Below, one piece after another: positions 60,506 to 64,000 of a stretch of 64,000 nucleotides of DNA. The stretch is from Pseudoxanthomonas sp. (lineage in GTDB: Bacteria; Pseudomonadota; Gammaproteobacteria; Xanthomonadales; Xanthomonadaceae), in contig JAYRTC010000015.1 of the NCBI GenBank assembly GCA_041919795.1, forward strand, positions 23,721 through 87,720, written 5' to 3'. The notes under the pieces are model-generated. The model worked only from the letters and a program-made list of their open reading frames with translations. It ran no database searches and had not been told where the DNA came from. A program made the translations under genes and the position numbers. Numbering within the stretch: the stretch's first letter is position 1; the number at the start of each line of letters is the position of its first letter.

Positions 60506-60854
60506 GGGGTTACCTCCTTCAGCGGAAATACGAACGCCCCGGCCTTTGCAGGCACAGGGCGTTGGCTTGGGAGCGGAACATCAGGCGATTACGGGCACAT
60601 TCCCCAAAATCACCCGCGCTGGCCTTTTGGCCGGGAGCGGCGTCCTCTGGGTTGTGGGTCGGCGTCATCGGCCCGATTCTCCGGTGAACCAAGCGACGGG
60701 AGTCGCTTGGGTATACGACCCTACTCCCTGCCATCGAGCCCGGCAAGCTCCTTCACAAGTACTTGATTGGCTTGGGAAAGCTGGATCCCCGGATCCTTCT
60801 CAAAACCAGCCCAAGAGCCTTTGGTCGCCGTGCAACTTGTTGTTTCAATTGAGT

Positions 60855-61733
60855 TTATTGATGCGCAACGACGATTTCCACGGCACGGCTGCGGCTGCCC
60901 TCGCCCTTGCCGGCTGATTGCAGGCGCGCCTTGTCGACTCCCGCGGCCACCAGGGCATCACGCAGGGCATCGGCACGGCGCTGGCCCGGGGTCTGCTTGT
61001 CGCCGAACCCCTGGATCCTGGCCTTGGCCTTGGGATTGACCTGCAGGTAAGCCGCCAACGCAGTGACCTGGGAAGCGCCCGCCACCGACAGGGTGGCCTG
61101 GCCGGCATTGAAGGTGGCGGCCGCCAAGGTAAATACCTCGCCGCGAGTCTCGAACTTCGAGGCCGGCAGTTTGGCCCCGGACATCAGTTCGGCTTCCTGG
61201 CGGGCCAGCCGCGCTTCCTTCTGGCGTGCGGCGCTGAGTTTGGCGGTCTGCTGCCCGGCAACCGAGGTCAGCATGTCCTCGGCATCCTGGCGAGCCAGCG
61301 ATTCGGCCTCGGCGGCCTGGCGCAGGCGTTCGGCTTCCTCGGACTGGATCTGGGCCTGCACGCGCAGGCGTTCGGCTTCCTGGCGCGCACGCGCCGCATC
61401 GCGACGGCTGGCTTCGATCAGCAGGTCGCTGCGGGTGCGATCCAGGCGGTCGGCTTCGCGTTGCGCGGATTCGGCGCGGGCCATGGTTTCGGCGATCTCG
61501 ACCCGGCGATCGGCGACATACAGGGCGCTTTCGCGCTGCTTGCCTCGCGCCTTGGCCAGCACGGCCACGGCCTGCTGCGCCTGCAGCCTTTCGTAGGCGG
61601 CGAACTCGACCAGTTGCGGGTTCGACTGCAACGCGGCCAGGCGCTGGTTGAGCGCGGTCACTTCGGGGCGCTCGGCGGCCAGGGCAGGCAATGCGGCCAG
61701 CAACAGGAGAGTGGCCAACAGATTCCTTTTCAT
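60855..61733 (-). CDS. OmpA-family protein with N-terminal DUF4398-like domain and charged coiled-coil linker
   Basis: Signal peptide MKRNLLATLLLLAALPALAA. Arg/Glu/Ala-rich helical middle. C-terminal OmpA-like fold (FNAGQATL...RRADALRDALVAAGV...). Confidence 0.78.
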   Translation of the reverse strand: MKRNLLATLLLLAALPALAAERPEVTALNQRLAALQSNPQLVEFAAYERLQAQQAVAVLAKARGKQRESALYVADRRVEIAETMARAESAQREADRLDRTRSDLLIEASRRDAARARQEAERLRVQAQIQSEEAERLRQAAEAESLARQDAEDMLTSVAGQQTAKLSAARQKEARLARQEAELMSGAKLPASKFETRGEVFTLAAATFNAGQATLSVAGASQVTALAAYLQVNPKAKARIQGFGDKQTPGQRRADALRDALVAAGVDKARLQSAGKGEGSRSRAVEIVVAHQ

Positions 61734-62131
61734 CGTGTCGCTCCTTCGCCCAGGGTGCGCTGCAGTTCGCCGATTTCCTGGCGGCGTTGCTGCAGCCGGG
61801 CATTGGCCACGGCTTCCTCGCTGCGCGCGCGCGCCAGGTCGGCATCGACGGTGGCGCGCAAGGCAAGGCCGGGGGCGAGCTTGCGCTCGCGTCGACTGGC
61901 CGCCGCCGCGGCCTGCGCCTGGCTCAGCGCCGTGCGCGCCGAATCCAGCAGCTCGGGTGCGTACTGGTCCGCATCGGCCTGGTCCGCGCGATTGACCGCC
62001 TGCTGCGCGGCGACCAGTTCCGGGCTGGCCGCGACCTGGGCATGCGCCGGTGCGGCAAGCGCCGCCAGCAGGGCGAAAGCGCCAACCGTCACACACAGGA
62101 ATCGGTGGAATTGTGCGAAGCTAGGATGCAT
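61730..62131 (-). CDS. DUF4398 domain protein (secreted)
   Basis: Signal peptide ...LAALAAPAHA|Q. ADQYAPELLDSARTALSQAQ matches the DUF4398 pattern. ATGA overlap with the downstream gene. Confidence 0.68.
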   Translation of the reverse strand: MHPSFAQFHRFLCVTVGAFALLAALAAPAHAQVAASPELVAAQQAVNRADQADADQYAPELLDSARTALSQAQAAAAASRRERKLAPGLALRATVDADLARARSEEAVANARLQQRRQEIGELQRTLGEGATR

Positions 62132-62226
62132 TGGAGTGCCGTTGCGTCAAGGGGAATGCGCGGCCATTGTCGGAAGCCTGCGTCGCACATGCAAACGGTG
62201 CGCGCCATTGTTGGGGACCATTGCAC

Positions 62227-63372
62227 ATGGATATCGGCTATTTCCTGAAGCTGATGACGGAAAAGAACGCCTCGGACATGTTCCTGACCACCGGGGCGCC
62301 CGTCTACATCAAGATCGAAGGGAAACTCTATCCCCTGGGCAACACCGGCCTGCCCGCCGGCATGGTCAAGAAGATCGCCTATTCGCTGATGGACGAAGGC
62401 CAGGTGCCGATCTTCGAGCGCGAGCTGGAATTGAACATGGCCCTGGCCCTGCAGGACGCCGGCCGCTTCCGCATCAACGTGTTCAAGCAGCGCGGCGAAG
62501 TGGGCATGGTGATCCGCGCGATCCGCAGCGTGATCCCGTCGATCGAGGAGCTGAACCTGCCGCAGGTGCTGAAGGACATCATTATGACCCCGCGCGGGCT
62601 GGTGCTGCTGGTCGGCTCCACCGGCTCGGGCAAGTCCACCTCGCTGGCCTCGATGATCGACCATCGCAACAGCACCACCACCGGCCACATCCTCACCATC
62701 GAGGACCCGATCGAATACCTGCACAAGCACAAGCAATCGATCGTCAACCAGCGCGAGGTCGGCCTGGACACCCACGCCTTCCACAACGCGCTGAAGAACG
62801 CGATGCGCGAGGCGCCGGACGTGATCCTGATCGGCGAGATCCTGGACGCGACCACCATGGAAGCGGCCATCGCCTTCGCCGAGACCGGCCACCTGTGCCT
62901 GGCCACCCTGCACTCGAACAACGCCGACCAGACCATCGAGCGCATCCTCAATTTCTTCCCCGAGACCGCGCACAAGAACGTGCTGATGAACCTGGCCCTG
63001 AACCTGCGCGCGGTGGTCTCGCAACGCCTGGTCAAGGGCATGGACGGCCGGCGCCTGCCGGCGGCGGAAGTGCTGATCAACACGCCGATGATCCGCGACC
63101 TGCTGCGTCGCGGCCAGGTCCACGAGGTCAAGGCCGCGATGGAAGCCTCGCTGGAAGACGGCATGGAATCGTTCGACCAGTGCCTGTTCCGCATGGTCAA
63201 GGAAGGCCGCATCGAGCAGGAGGAAGCGCTGCGCGCCGCCGATTCGCGCGACGGACTGGCGCTGAAGTTCCGCCTGTCCGAAGGCAGCAGCGGCGAACAC
63301 GACCCCTATGCGGACTACGACGCGGCCTCGGCCGGTGGCGCCTCGCCGCGGATCACCCAGGGATTTGGCTGA
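62227..63372 (+). CDS. pilU: PilT/PilU-family type IV pilus retraction ATPase (PilU-like)
   Basis: Walker A GSTGSGKST, Asp box ILTIEDPIEY, Walker B VILIGEI, His box ATLHSNNA. N-terminus MDIGYFLKLMTEKNASDMFLTTGAP is PilU-like. Confidence 0.85.
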   Translation: MDIGYFLKLMTEKNASDMFLTTGAPVYIKIEGKLYPLGNTGLPAGMVKKIAYSLMDEGQVPIFERELELNMALALQDAGRFRINVFKQRGEVGMVIRAIRSVIPSIEELNLPQVLKDIIMTPRGLVLLVGSTGSGKSTSLASMIDHRNSTTTGHILTIEDPIEYLHKHKQSIVNQREVGLDTHAFHNALKNAMREAPDVILIGEILDATTMEAAIAFAETGHLCLATLHSNNADQTIERILNFFPETAHKNVLMNLALNLRAVVSQRLVKGMDGRRLPAAEVLINTPMIRDLLRRGQVHEVKAAMEASLEDGMESFDQCLFRMVKEGRIEQEEALRAADSRDGLALKFRLSEGSSGEHDPYADYDAASAGGASPRITQGFG

Positions 63373-63426
63373 GGGGTGTTGGTAGCCGGTAGCCGGAAAG
63401 CCTGACCGGCAAACCGGCGTTCCCGC

Positions 63427-64000
63427 TTACCTGTCCGGCTCCACCGCGTCCGGCTGCCGGTCCGGGCGCGCGTCGATGAAGGCGGGCAATTCGAGGCAAG
63501 CCGCCTCGATCCGCGAAATGGTCGGGAATGACGTCATGTCCACCTTGAAGCGGCGGGCATTGAAAACCTGCGGGACCAGACAGCAGTCGGCCAGTCCCGG
63601 CGCCTGTCCATGGCAGAACACGCCTGTCGCCGGGTCGCCCTCCAGCAGCGCCTCCAGTGCGGAGAAGCCTTCGCTGATCCAGTGCCTGACCCACTCGTCG
63701 CGTCGGGATTGCGAGATGCGCCAGGCATCCTCTAAATAGCGCAGCACGCGCAGGTTGTTGAGCGGGTGGATGTCGCTGGCGATCATCTGGGCCATGCCGC
63801 GTACACGGGCGCGGTCGCGCGCGGTCATCGGCAACAGGGGCGGCGACGGCCAGGCTTCGTCGAGGTATTCCAGGATCGCCAGCGACTGGCGGATGACGCG
63901 CTCGCCATGCATCAGGGTCGGCACCAGCCGTTGCGGATTCATCGCCGCATATTCGGGCCGGTGCTGTTCGCCGCCGTCGCGCACCAGGTGCACCGGTGCG
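63427..64000 (-). CDS. maiA: Maleylacetoacetate isomerase / GST zeta (partial, N-terminus beyond the window end)
   Basis: VHLVRDGGEQHRPEYAAMNPQRLVPTL...SLAILEYLDE is typical of MaiA. About 30 N-terminal residues are missing. Confidence 0.85.
   Translation of the reverse strand, partial: APVHLVRDGGEQHRPEYAAMNPQRLVPTLMHGERVIRQSLAILEYLDEAWPSPPLLPMTARDRARVRGMAQMIASDIHPLNNLRVLRYLEDAWRISQSRRDEWVRHWISEGFSALEALLEGDPATGVFCHGQAPGLADCCLVPQVFNARRFKVDMTSFPTISRIEAACLELPAFIDARPDRQPDAVEPDR

Noticed and set aside
60540-60755. Calling this region the 6S RNA gene (ssrS).
   Set aside because: I see only a loose resemblance in one hairpin and a bulged closing stem drawn by hand. The usual zapA/5-formyl-THF cyclo-ligase neighbourhood is absent, and the promoter would lie inside the DUF465 gene. 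It is reported only as an unassigned structured-RNA candidate.

Overview
This is a 64-kb, high-GC gammaproteobacterial chromosome segment. Gene order and GTAGGAGC-type REP palindromes suggest Xanthomonadales (Xanthomonadaceae or Rhodanobacteraceae-like); that placement is inference. About two thirds is conserved housekeeping: bamD/rluD/pgeF, clpB, cysB-cysG-cysK, fba-pyk-pgk, pssA-(psi-like)-rimI, proS, a ThrE-family exporter, an Mla/MCE-type ABC transporter, alkB, ETF-QO, scoAB, etfBA, cbs plus a metB-family gene, a PilU-like ATPase and maiA. Three accessory parts stand out. (1) A lipopolysaccharide O-antigen locus of about 19 kb (39.6-58.6 kb) lies in the known etfA...metB hotspot. It encodes wecB and wecC, wzm and wzt, an OafA-like O-acetyltransferase, two methyltransferase functions, a nonsense-disrupted DUF6270-like gene and three very large mosaic glycosyltransferases. 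One of these is a 1087-aa methyltransferase / coiled-coil / glycosyltransferase fusion. It looks like a single-polypeptide chain terminator, molecular ruler and polymerase, and it carries hendecad repeats and an A10 tract. This is the best candidate for a new system. (2) A low-GC secreted reprolysin-like metalloprotease with six FG-GAP repeats lies between ETF-QO and scoAB. (3) A small islet of four orphan genes lies between clpB and cysB. No rRNA, tRNA, CRISPR array, transposase or integrase was recognised. All calls come from reading the translations and the DNA by eye, with no database search. Many long ORFs in the track are antisense or read-through artefacts typical of high-GC DNA.
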